From: Paragordius varius
Taxonomy: Eukaryota; Animalia; Nematomorpha
Reading direction: 5' to 3'
Length of the DNA: 64,000 nucleotides
Assembly (NCBI GenBank): GCA_964247055.1
Contig: OZ176052.1
Span: 10,292,001-10,356,000, forward strand
Within the stretch, counting starts at the first letter, position 1. Each line of letters starts with the position of its first letter. Below, piece after piece: positions 1 to 12,600 of the stretch. A program made the translations under genes and the position numbers. Below the pieces are notes generated by a model, which was given only the letters and a program-made list of their open reading frames with translations, had not been told where the DNA came from and searched no databases.

Positions 1-573
1 ACACATTCATTTTAGTCCTTCGATTCAAATTGGGGTATTTAAATACCACAGGTCTGTTTAAAATAAAATTCTCTAAAAATATGGAAGGAATCGAAACCAT
101 GGCAAAATTTTGCACTTATATAACATCAATAAACCGAAATATATAAAAAAATTTATTCAAAAATACTTGATATTACTTATTTTAAGCTAAAATCGAAAAA
201 TAAAAATTTAGTCAACTTGACATATGTTCAATGGTAAAATTAAGAAATAATACAAAATAAACTGCTTTTTCTATTTCTATCAAAGTTAGATGTTATTTGA
301 ATATAAAATTAGCTTTAATTTTACCTTCAAAATCGAATGACGACGATATTTTTCAAAAATTTTGTAAAATAAAAATGGCGTCGAAGTAGTTTGACATGGA
401 ACTTTTTTTTCAAAACAAAATTTTATTTAAATATTTTGGCATATTTATATCATTTGTATTAGGATAGAAGAATAAATTTAAATTGGGACCGTTTTCTTCA
501 GTAGTTTTTTAAAAATCCAAACTCAAATTTAGTCTGGGGTATTTAGAGACCCCAATTTGAATTGAAGTGTTAA
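1..573 (+). mobile_element. piggyBac-type MITE family A, copy 1 (first few bases lie before the window)
   Basis: Begins inside the long end (ACACATTCATTTTAGTCCTTCGATTCAAATTGGGG) and finishes CCCCAATTTGAATTGAAGTG-TTAA at 570-573. Colinear with copies at 24427, 28544 and 32278. Confidence 0.85.
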
Positions 574-998
574 TAAACCGAAAAATATAAAAAAAGTTAT
601 TCAAAAATACCTGATATTACTTATTTTAAGCTAAAACCGAAAGGTAAAAATTAAGTCAACGTGACATTTGTGCAATGGTAAAATTGAAATTATACAAAAT
701 TAACCACTTTTTCTATTTCTATCAATGTTAGATCTAATTTAAATAAATTGGCTTAAATTTTACTCTTAAAATTAAATGAAGACGATATTTTGCAAAATAA
801 AAATGGCTTCGAAGTCGTTTGACATGCTTTTTTTTCAAAACAAAATTTTATTTAGATATTTTGGCTTATTTATATAATTTATATCAGGATAGAAGCAAAA
901 ATTTAGATTGGGACCGTTTCCTTCAGTAGTTTTTTAAAAATCCTAATTTAAATTTAGTCTGCGGTATTTGGATAGCCCGATTTGAATCGAAATGTTAA
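574..998 (+). mobile_element. MITE family A, 3' portion of a second copy
   Basis: Resumes at TAAACCGAAA, directly after the family's internal TTAA, and runs to ...CCCGATTTGAATCGAAATG-TTAA at 995-998. Confidence 0.8.
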
Positions 999-1854
999 TC
1001 AAAAAATAATTAAAATTATAATAACTAATTTTTAAATATGGGGTGACATAAAAAGCAAAATTATATTGAAAAAGTGTTTTATAAAAGTGCATTACACCAT
1101 CAAATCTGGTTTCAATTTTAATGGTAAAATTTAAAACAAAATACTATTTTTTCGGAAAAACATTTTTATGTTATAATTTTCCTATCTATTTTTATTGCCG
1201 AATAGGTGAATTTTTGGGTGCCCATTTTCGACGTGTACAATCAAAGACTTGAGGCTAAATCTATAAAATTAAATTGTTTTATATATAGTTTATGAAATAA
1301 TATTTTTTTAAATGAAGCATATACAAAAAAAACATTTAATATAATGTGGGTAAATTTTGGCATTTTCTAATGTGGACTAAATACCACAAAAGTGGTGGTA
1401 ACTTTTGTTATTTTACTCAGGCCTAAAACCAAAAGCACCATGATAATTCTTATATATTTTCTAGAAAATTTCTTCGGGAAATTTAATAACCCCCACTCTC
1501 CTTTCCAAGATTGTGTGCGCTGTAAATGTAGTGCAATTTAGGTGTTTTTTTTTACACGGAACCTAACCTTTCTATTTATCCTTATCAAATGTTATAAAAC
1601 CTTATTTGCAAGGTATGTAGTTTTTTTGTTTTAATGACATCAATACCATTTTTTGGTGGTCCTGGTAATGTTTATAACATTTTATCAGAATTATCCAGGC
1701 TTCATTAGCCGGTTCCTTTATTCAAGTTCGGATTTTAATGCTTTAAAACACGAAACATTCTGTGTAGACTTTTTATATAATTTATACAATTTTATTACAT
1801 CAATTGAGCACTTTTTGTTTCGTTTTATAGCTGTTGTCCATATGAATTTTTAGC

Positions 1855-4800
1855 ATGATTGAAAAGATAAAACTCTTTGAGGAAATTTTTAACCAAGATG
1901 TAATAGACAGAAATATTTTAAACAGTCTATGTTTTTCTGGTATAGCAATTTTTATTTTAAGGAATACCTGATAAGACTAATTTTAGACCATTTTGTTGGA
2001 AACTTTTATTAAATTACATACCGAAAAAGAAAGATGTAAGACCAGACTTTTTAAATACAAATCGGTAAATAGTAAAAATTAATGATAGTAATTATTATGA
2101 ATCCTTAATTGAATCACTACTCCTTAGTAGCAATGGTGTCAAAGAAGAATTAGATCACGTACGAATATAGTTATATTTTTAGCCCTTAAGCTCTCATAAT
2201 TCAGGCTATTGGTCATCATATTTTAAAGACAACGAAGTTTTGTTACAAATTAATAAAGATGTCAGGTTTTTTATTTTATAAATTTTGCAGACGACTATAT
2301 CCCCATATACAGTTTTTTCAAACTCGTACCACCTATCCATGCCTTAATTTGATTCAAAACGAGATGTCGCTTACAAATAGGGTCCATCAAACATTGCTTA
2401 GGCATGAATCACTTATAAAAACTAAATCTGGTGTTATCAATGTATACAGTTTAATTTTTTATTTTTAAATTACGTAATAGTTATTTTGTTGGCATGTCAA
2501 ATTTGGGTAATATAGTTTTTTTTTAATTTATCTTCTATTTATTGGAGAACAATTTTTTCCTAAAATTTTATATCAATTATTTTTCAAAATTATTATAAAA
2601 TAGAGTCGGTAAATTAATTTTTCTCATAAATTTTGTAAAATAATATAACATTTCAAGGAAGTAAATGTCAAGAAAATTATAAATTTTTATATTGTTCCGA
2701 AAAAATGCATTTTTATTGATTGTAGCTACATTTTATTTTCTAGTTTAAGAAAAGGACAAAATCTCCCATAACACCTCAATTCGATCAAAATTCTACCACA
2801 ATATCCAACGATCATCGTGAAATCCTTACAAATGATAATCACTTAAATAATGGATGTAGCAATAATACACATCCACATAAATCAAATCAAACTACCCAAT
2901 TAAATTGTTATAATAATTGTTCCTCCACTGATCACGATACTAAAAATTTAAAAGCATTTTCCAGCGATTCCAATACCCAAAACAATGAAAACGTGAAAAT
3001 CGATTCACACAATAATTCACCTAATCACCATATTTATTGTAAAACTGAATATCATTGGGAAGTGTGTCAACGTTTGCTCTTTATATATGCTAAACTCAAT
3101 CCCGGTCATGGTTATATACAAGTATATTTATTAGCTAAATCCTTTTTATTCCCGAAAGAAAATATGTGTGGACATAACTTTTAACTCATTTTTGCTTATT
3201 TTATAAAATGCAAACTATCCTTCCCATTTAATAAATACCTTGACTATACTAAATGGTTTTGTTTAAAACAGGTAAAAAAAGTTAGACATATTAAATTAAA
3301 TGGATTATTATAATAATAACAACTTATGGCTCAATATTCAAAAAGCCTTTATTTAAACATTTCCCATCAAAAATGATATAGTTTCAGTGTCAAGGTGCAA
3401 ATTATTTTCCCTCTTTTGTAATGTTGTTAGAGTATCCCTTAAAACAGATTTTTAGCTAATTATATTAGCAACATATATTTTAGATCAGGGGTGTACAACA
3501 CGCTTTGTTAGGTACGCAAAAATGCTATAAAAATTGTAAAAATGGATTCTATTCACATTATTTAGAAAATATATCATCCAAAATTGGCTTTAAATAAATT
3601 AAAAAGACAAAACAAAGTAGCCCGCGATGACATCTGTGTTGGACACCCCTGATTTGGATGATAAATAATTAACTTTCTTACTTAATGAGATATTTTATAT
3701 AAATTATTATGGTGACAATAATATATACATCTAATTTTAGGGTATGAATGAAATAATCGGTCCCATATATTATGTAATGGCAAATGATGCGGATTCAGAA
3801 CAGAGAAGTAAAATTATTTATTTAATATGTAATTTTAAGTTTTAACAATTATAATTACATTTATTTTAGAACCAACTTTATCATAAATAAAACTTATTTT
3901 TGTTTTCAATCTTATTTTAGCCTTACAATTAAAGGTTGTTTTTGCTTTAAACTACAACCTAAAGTTTATCACGTTTTTAATGATGCAATTTTATTGTCTA
4001 TTTTATGATACCGCAATTACGATTCTTTCATATGCATATTTTTTTTGTTAGAATTTGCCGAACATGATACCTTCTTTTGTTTCACAAATCTCATGTCGGA
4101 AATTCGAGATAACTTCACTGCACACTTGGATATTGACCGAGAAATTGGAATAGGTACACTTAAAAATATATTTTAAAACATAACTAAAAATTTCAATTAT
4201 ATATCCTAAATTTGTCATTTTTAATCATTATTCGCAAATATTCTCATTAGAATAAATGGATTTGATTCAAATTAACAGGCTTTTAAACAAATTTTTACGT
4301 CACATTTTTGGGTAGATTTTGAATAAATCTAACGATTTATAATGTTTATTAAAATATCTTTCGTATACATTTTTTATTCATTTTTTGAGTGATATCAAAT
4401 TATTAATTTGTAGAAATTAAAATTTTGTATTATTTATGGTGATGGCTAAGAAATATCATATTAAATAGGATTTTTAAAAATTAACGCAATCTTTAGCGAT
4501 TGTTTAAAATTATTCAAACATCAAAAAAGTCCATTTTACTTAAAAATGCCCATTAAGCTTTAAATGTCGCAATTTCAATAATTTATTATTAAAATGAAAA
4601 AAGAGTTGGAATGTTAATTTTTTCTTAGGTGCCCAAATGAAGAAATTTCACAATATGTTGGAATATCTGGAACCAGAGCTGTTGATGCATTTCAAGCACC
4701 TTGATTTAAAACTACATTACTTTGGATATAGGTGGATCATGTTGCTATTCTCTCAAGAATTTCAATTACCTGGTAAATTTTTATATGCAGTCATTTAGAT

Positions 4801-7800
4801 CGCACTTTGGTTTTATATTAATTATATTGTAAAGTTGTTTAGCAATGTTTTATGAATTTATTTTTATAATATCAGTTAATTCATTTCCTATAGATTATAA
4901 TTGTGATAATTTTCAAATATAATGTTACATCGAACTAGATAGCAAGAAATTTAATTTTAGATTCAATTTTATATGATATGGATAGCTTTTTAAAAAGTAG
5001 GAATTTGCCGAACGAAATAAATACCCAAATTCATAATCAGTCATTAAATTGTGGCAATATGAATATTAAACGGATTATCTCCTATAAAAATAGTTTCAAT
5101 CCAGATTCAACGATATTTTATTATAACAATAATCATTTTATAAAATTTGATATTTTCTGTTTTTGTCCATTTTAAACACTTCTATTAACCTTTTTTATTT
5201 TAAACTAAATCCTATAATATCTGTAAAATATGTTCACATTAAACCATCAAGTTTATTACTAATATTTCCTATTTCGTCTTATTTTAGTTTTAACTGTTGA
5301 TTCCATGATAGTAAAAACTTTTTCAAGATATAAATAAATATGATATTGTACGGGAATTTCCGATATTATTCATATGATCAACTGGATAATGATTAATTTA
5401 ACTATTTTATAGATCATAGAGATTTTGAAATATCATATTTAAATATTTCTCCGCCATTATTTTTTAGCTTAATTAGTTTCCGGATTATATCCTATGTCAT
5501 TTAAACTTTTTATTTGATATCCTACTTAATTATTAAAATGGTTAAAATTTGATTTAGTAATACATAAAAAAATACTGTTTGTTTTTGGATAAACTAATTA
5601 CCATGAATTAATCATTTTGATTACTTGTTTTAACCGATATATGCCTAAAATTAAAAATGAAAAATTTACACATCAGCCTTTTCGGAAAGCGGGCTATTTT
5701 AAAATAAAATGTTACGAATATATTAGACCCACATTACCGTAAATATAATATATAATTTTTGCATATATATAATTATATGATTGTGTTGCTTGATTTATCA
5801 ATTATAAATATTATTTATCCAATATAGTAACTGACTGATTGCTGACCCCTGATAGACGCCTTGGTATATTTCAATAGGATCTGACACTCTATGGTGTGTT
5901 TTAACTTTGGTATGGTGAGAGCCGTACATGTTCTTTATAATTTTTACTAAACTTTCAGGAACGTTTTTTAGTCTCAAACTCCACCATATTGTACTCCGTG
6001 GTATTCTGTCAAACGCCTTTCAATATCGATCAAAATACCATGTAATTCCTTTTTCATTTCTATATGCTTTTCAATTAAGCGAAAATTTTGAAAAGGTGGA
6101 AAGAATATTTCCAGTACCTTGAATTGGACGTCAGGGAAACGAATTTACCCGAAACACCAGATTATATATCTGCGTATATTGAAAGTATAACAAAGAAGTT
6201 TAGGTTGGTTTAGAAGAGATGTCTGTAAATAAGGCTGCAGGTCCAGACGATATTAACATAAACCGTTGGAACATAATGTCAGAGAAAAGTATTGAATTTT
6301 TGACGGATATTTTTAATAATGTAGTTACTACAGGTATGATACCAACCGAATGGAAGGAGAGTTTCACTGTTCCCATTATTAAGGGTAAAGGAGATATTAA
6401 TTGTAATAATTACAGAGGGATAAAATTGATGTCGCATACAATGAAGTTATTTGAGAAAATACTAGTGAAACGAATGAGAAAAATGGTTAACATAGAGGGT
6501 AATCAATTTGGTTTTATTCCAGGACTCCACCATCGATCCTATTCACGCAGTAAGAAGGCTAATCGAGAAACATATAGAAATGAAAAAGGAGTTGCATGGT
6601 ATTTTAATTGATAGTTAAAAGGCGTTTGACAGAATACACGGATTAAAATATAGTGGAGTTAACGAGTAAAAACGTTCCTGAAAGTTATATAAAAATTTTA
6701 AAAAGCATGTACGGCTCTCACCATACCAAAGTTAAAACACACCAGGTAGTGCCAGATCCTATCGAAATAAACCAAGGCGCAGGGGTCAGCAATCAGTCCG
6801 TTACTATTTATAATATGCATGGGCGAAATTTCAAAATAAGTGGGGCAACATGGTGGCTGGTATTTTTTTTACGCAGACGACCTAATAGGGCTGTCGAGTT
6901 GCATGAATTGAAAGAATTGGTGGGCAAATGGATTAATGTGTTGCGACTGTTTAAAAGTAAATAAAAAGAAAACGGATATAAATTTCAGTGGATAAAACGA
7001 GAATTTGAATTAGAAGAAGGGTGGGTATTAAGAGAGGAGGAATGCAAATATTTAGGAGCGATTTTAGGAGCAAATCTTACTTTACATGATTCAAATTTAA
7101 GAATTCTAAATAGTTGGGCAAATAAAAAGATCTCAAATGTTTTGTGCGATTAAAATATTGACCTAAAAGTCAAGGGTAAGATTTACAGTACTGTTGTACA
7201 GCCAACAATGATGTACAACTCACAGACATGGGCATAAAAAAACAGTAAAGAGGCATTTTGAGGTTAGTTAAATGAGAATGTTTATTGATATGCGGTGTAA
7301 CGAGCAAAGACAAGGTGAGGAATGAATAAATTAGAGGAAGTACGGAAATCAAACCGATAACGCAAAAGATGATGTTAAATCGTCTAAGATGGTTTGGACC
7401 TGTAGAAAGAAGAGATAATAACTACATTGGTAAAAAGATTGATGATTATATTGTGAAAGGTATGAGGGGAAGAGGGTGCCCTAAAACATGGATAGATACA
7501 GTTAAGAGGGACATGGCAAAACTGGGACGCCTTAGACGGGGTTTTATGGCGAACGAATATGACCGTTCGAAAGAGTGATATCATATAGTGTAATTATTAT
7601 TATTATTATTTATCCAATATATATAACATTTCATTCATCTCAGAATTTTGATTAAAATAATCGTTCCTGTGCAATGAAATATTTTACAGCTTATATATAT
7701 ATATATATATAATGTTAGCATTTTTTTATCTTACAACCGCTGATAATTTCACTTTATCTAAAAATTTTGATTATCCATATCCACGTAAATTATTCAACTT

Positions 7801-9253
7801 AAAATGAATGAAAATTTTAATAAATATTGATATAAAATTAGCAAAATAAATTTGAATATGTTTTATTTGCTTTAAACCAGCGCTTTCCTACACAAATGGC
7901 GTAGTGAACCGCATTCGAAAAATATATGCGCATTAAAAATATTTTAATCATATTATTGTAAAAAATATATAACTACTAGTTATTTCACCAATCTATGCTA
8001 TTAGTATTAGTTGATGCTTATTCAGAAAATTTGTTTGAGAATATTTTTTACTTTGATTACCAGCATATTTTTGCGTGGATACCCTATTGATTTGGTAACT
8101 TTCGAAAATTCTTGGGCATAAAACCTTGGAAGGCTGCCTGTTCGCCGCCTGAAGCGAAAAAATAAATAGAGAGATATTATAATACCAATTATTGACGTAT
8201 TTCGAATAAGAAGCGAAACATAAATTATGTTAATTTTGAAAAAATTTATCGCATCTTAGCCAAATTTATTGTTCACGACTATTTATGACATATATATTAA
8301 CAAATTTAACTGTTATTTTGATTTGACTTAATTTGCGAGAGGAATGCGGTTATTTATTTTGGCTAATATTAGGAAAATTAAAATATTTTCAATATTTTAA
8401 TCGCAACATTATTAGCTTCCGTATTCTCAAATCAAAATGTCAATCAAATTTTTTTATGATTGACGTTTAAAACAACAAAATTTTAATAAAATATATATTT
8501 ATGGATTAATCAATAATTTCAATAAAAATTAATTCCATTCAATTAAACACACTTATTATGGAGCAAATATGTTTTGCCATTTTTCTTATACTAAATGCAA
8601 TTTATTATTTTTTTTGTTAAAATGATATAAAATTAACAAATGCGCGCTAATCAAATATTCTGTATAGATATTATTAGACTTTGGGACTCCCTTTTTGCAA
8701 CCACAGATAAAGGAATATTTAGCATTTATATTGCCGTTGCCATGCTCAAGTAAAAATCTAAAATTCAAAGTCATGCGTTTATTCCATGATGATTTTATAA
8801 TTGATTACATAGAAAATATTTTAGTATAAATTTTATTAATTTATGAAAAACATCATATCTCTTTATTTAAGTTTTCATAAACGAATTTTAACTATTAAAT
8901 TAAGTTTAAACTGTAAAATGCAATTTAATCAGAATATTTATTTTATACAACAGCCTTATTCGGGAAGAATTGTTGCAAGGGGATTTCGCTCATAACTTAA
9001 AACTTTTACAGGTAATTGACAACAAATTTAATATATGTATGATAAGCATTACGCATCTACTATTTATATGAATTTATAGAAATATCCCGATAATATTGAC
9101 ATATTGCGCATCATATCGAAATCACTTGAAATTGAGGAATTAGCCTTACAATTGAATTTACATAAAACAATGGATAATATTAATTATAAACAAAACAATA
9201 CAAATAATGAATCAAACGATAGCATAAACAATAATTGTAATAATACTGATTAA
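1855..9253 (+). CDS. TBC1D13: TBC1 domain family member 13-like Rab GTPase-activating protein (498 aa, 12 exons)
   Basis: Exons 1855-1939, 1962-2064, 2089-2158, 2183-2265, 2291-2441, 2744-3121, 3741-3807, 4052-4153, 4629-4772, 8668-8749, 8954-9011, 9080-9253 join in phase via GT-AG introns (1497 nt). Motifs: LCFSGIP..RPFCWKLLLNY, KDNEVLLQINKDVRRL (Arg finger), YAKLNPGHGYIQGMNEIIGPIYYV (Gln finger), AEHDTFFCFTNLMSEIRDNF, RWIMLLFSQEF, RLWDSLF, LLQGDF. Confidence 0.92.
3486..3651. mobile_element. hAT-type MITE (166 bp) in a TBC1D13 intron
   Basis: TIRs CAGGGGTGTACAACAC / GTGTTGGACACCCCTG; flanking 8-mers TTTTAGAT / ATTTGGAT (6 of 8 match) suggest a decayed 8-bp TSD. Confidence 0.7.
5823..6041 (-). 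mobile_element. Inverted RTE-LINE reverse transcriptase fragment
   Basis: Diverged reverse complement of about 6597-6808 (e.g. GATTGCTGACCCCT versus AGGGGTCAGCAATC). Confidence 0.8.
6120..7610 (+). mobile_element. 5'-truncated, decayed RTE-clade non-LTR retrotransposon
   Basis: Broken ORFs give KAAGPDD, IPTEWKES..VPIIKGKGD..NNYRGIKLMSHTMKLFEKI, NQFGF and RLRWFGPVERR..GMRGRGCPKTW; ends in an (ATT)n tail. Lies in TBC1D13 intron 9. Confidence 0.9.
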
Positions 9254-9610
9254 AAGAGTATATGGCAGATATAATTAACATATCATTTTGAAACTCCCTG
9301 AAATCTCATTAAATTTGGAGTCAAACACCTCTACAACTGTCTTCGTCTTTTCCAAAACAAATAGATTTACGGATTCCATACAAAGCAGCAATCTGATATA
9401 TATTAATTTAATTATGAAATTCGTTACAATAAATTATTATCATTATGATATGATATTTATATAAATTGATTAGCTTAAAAAGATGAATTCTGCTAATTGC
9501 ATTTAATTTTGTTTGTTTGGGGAGATAGATGATCTAAATTTAATCAATAAAGGCATATTTTTCGAAATTTGTTTCTTCCGTTTTTTCATATTTAAGCTAT
9601 ATTATGATTA

Positions 9611-12600
9611 ATGATTTTTACATGCCAAATTTGCCGTCATTTGATTGAAGACGTTTCTATTTTTAAAATTGACCAAAATTATTTTCATGGCGCATGTTTG
9701 AATTGTCAACTTTGTCATATTTCTCTTTTATTATTCGTAATTCATTCGCCTGCCACATCAGAATCTAGTGGGTCGGAAAATTTGGATGATAAGCCATTTG
9801 GTCGATGCTATTTCAAATTGGGACAATATTTATGCAAAGATTGTTATTTAAAGTATATTTTTCCATATTTTATGGTTTTAAACAAAATATATAAAATATA
9901 AAAAAGTCAAATGTTTAAAATTATTAAGATGATTTTAGACTTATGTTAAATTTGAATTAAATGGATTTGCCCAAATCTAATTATTACATGCAATTTAATT
10001 CAAAATTAAATTACACTAAACCCTTTTTGATCCCTTTGATTTATAAAAAATCTTCTACCAGGCCAATTAATGAAAAAATATTGAGTGTTTGGACTTCCAG
10101 TATTTTCGATTTACAGTTTAAGTTCATTTTTACGTTTAAATCGTTTCTAAATAAAGATAATTTCATATAGGACCTATATCAACCACAGTTAAATTATTTT
10201 ATAAAGGTTTTAATAAAACCATATATTCGAGTTTTTGATACACAAATTAATCTTTAATTACTAAAGGGTTATTTTCATTTTCAGGGTTAGCGATCACAAA
10301 AGTAACATTTATAATTACTTAAACTTTTAGATTATACTGTTTTAAATTAATAAATATTGTAATTTATTTTGTTCTGATAATCAAATTTTTGGGAAATATT
10401 TTAACTGTAGTCATACATTACATTTTAAATAATCTACGCTATTTATCCCGAAGATAAGTGCAGTGCATGTCCTACCTATAAGGCAAATCTATTTATAATT
10501 TGCTGAATGCTTTGACCATCAAGTCTAATTAATTTACGGAATCCTTAATATTTTTGGTTTCATATATCCCTTTATTTTATCAGTGTAGTTTTCTGTTTAG
10601 TTTTTTCTGTTAATTTATGTTAAATTATCATCCACGGAATTTCAATAGTTTATTTAAATTTATTCATAATTTTAAATACTATTTTAATTCTACTCCGCTA
10701 ATATTTATCAATTATGGACCTTCAAAATCTCTATTTTTGTAAACTAAGATATACTATCTATGATTATTTTAAATGCATCTATATAGATGTTTTAAAATTT
10801 ATTTCAATCAATAAATATCTTTAAGGGGTAATCCGAAGCAGACATTAACATTAAACGGTTGCATATAGGTAGAAATGTTAAACTCTTTTTGCTTCCATTA
10901 TTGCTGTTTCATTTTTAATGAAGTGTTGGCCGTAGATTATAAGATATCACTGCATCTAATTAAAATTTTTAATAAATATTGGTGCGAAAAAGTATTTATT
11001 CCTTAAATGTTATTGGCTATTAAAACCAGAAAATTTTTATTTTGATTAAAGCATACATATGGACTTGAGTTATATAGATTTTACTCATTTTGATCAAAGT
11101 TGCCAAGGACAATTAATATTTGTATAAAAAGGAATTAAATGAGGCATAATATATTTGAATTATACCTAAAATATTATTATTATTATTATTCATAAAATTC
11201 TCTGAATGTTTAATACCAATAGTTTCTATGGGAAGAGATGCGTAAAGTGTTTCCAAATAGTAGAACCGACTGATTGGATTCGTCAAGCTAGACACCACGT
11301 TTATCATTTAGCCTGTTTCTTGTGTGATATTTGCGGCCGCCAATTATCTACAGGAGAACAATTTATTATGGATGTTTATGATAGAGTCATTTGTCGGAAC
11401 CATTATGACCCTCCACAAATCGATAGCGATGGTTTACCAATATTTGTTGTTTTTTTATACTAAAATTTTGCGTTTTTGTTCCAATTTTTATATTTTGAAT
11501 CATATTTTTGTTTAGAAGATACAAGTGATTCTGACACAAAGACAAACGGAGGTCGAATCAAAAGAATTCGCACAACATTTTCGGAGCAACAAATTCAAGT
11601 ATTTAAATAAATACCTTTATAAAATCACGGTAACTTTCATTCCAAATGTTATATAAATATTTAAAAAATGCTGGCTGGTAAAAAAATATTTAACACATTC
11701 AGAGCATTGATTTATGCTTCTCTCGTTTTAGAATAATATTATATGGGAAAAGGTTTTTGAAATCGATTTTTTACACATTTACTTTTACATATTCAAAGTT
11801 TTCAATAATTTATAAGGAATCCTTCACAATACATGTTAACAATATTTAAATAACAATATTGAATTTTCAATTGAAATTTATGACGAAGAGGAATATTTTA
11901 TTTTTTATTAACTAACACAAGATTTTACAAACGAATTTCATGATGGATGCGAATCCTGACGGAAACGATCTTGAAAGATTGTCACAATTAACCGATTTGT
12001 CTAAACGTGTCGTACAAGTAATATAATTTTATAAAAATACTTGTACACCGTTTAACACATGCAAACATTTGGCTAAGAACTTTTTATTAAAAATATTACA
12101 TTGTATTGGGCTCCCATTTGTAGGTTTTGGGAATGATTTTTAATAATATGAATAATGAAATTTTAAATTTAAAAATTATGAGTCAAAAGACATAAAGAAG
12201 GATAAATGCAGAAAAGTTAAATGCGCCAAACAGATGTTTATTCGTTATTAGCTATGAATTTGGAATATGGATCATACCATTTGCACTTCAAGAGTGTCAT
12301 TGAACACTTCAGTTGGTCCTTGAACATTTCAAGTTAGTCTAACACTTTAAGTTGGTCTTTGAACACTTCAAGTTGCTCCCTGAACAGTTCAAGTTGGTCC
12401 TTTAACAGTTCAAGTTGGTCCTTGAACACTTTAAGTTGGTCCTTATTTTGTTTTCAACTTTTATCGATCAAATCGTTGTTTTTAACCTATTTCCTATAAT
12501 TTAACATTAATTTTATATCAATATCAACTTTTAATCATTCAGAAACCGTATATCTTTATTAATTTCTTAAAATTATTTTGATATTCATAAGAATTTAACA

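Noticed and set aside
1921-2290. TBC1D13 as a frameshifted pseudogene or a case of stop-codon reassignment
   Set aside because: Every break is bounded by GT..AG and removal restores conserved motifs exactly. TAA, TAG and TGA all serve as normal terminal stops in this window.
12277-12450. CRISPR-like repeat array
   Set aside because: Contiguous degenerate 21-bp units with no unique spacers, inverted at the other end of a TIR element; no cas genes; eukaryotic context.
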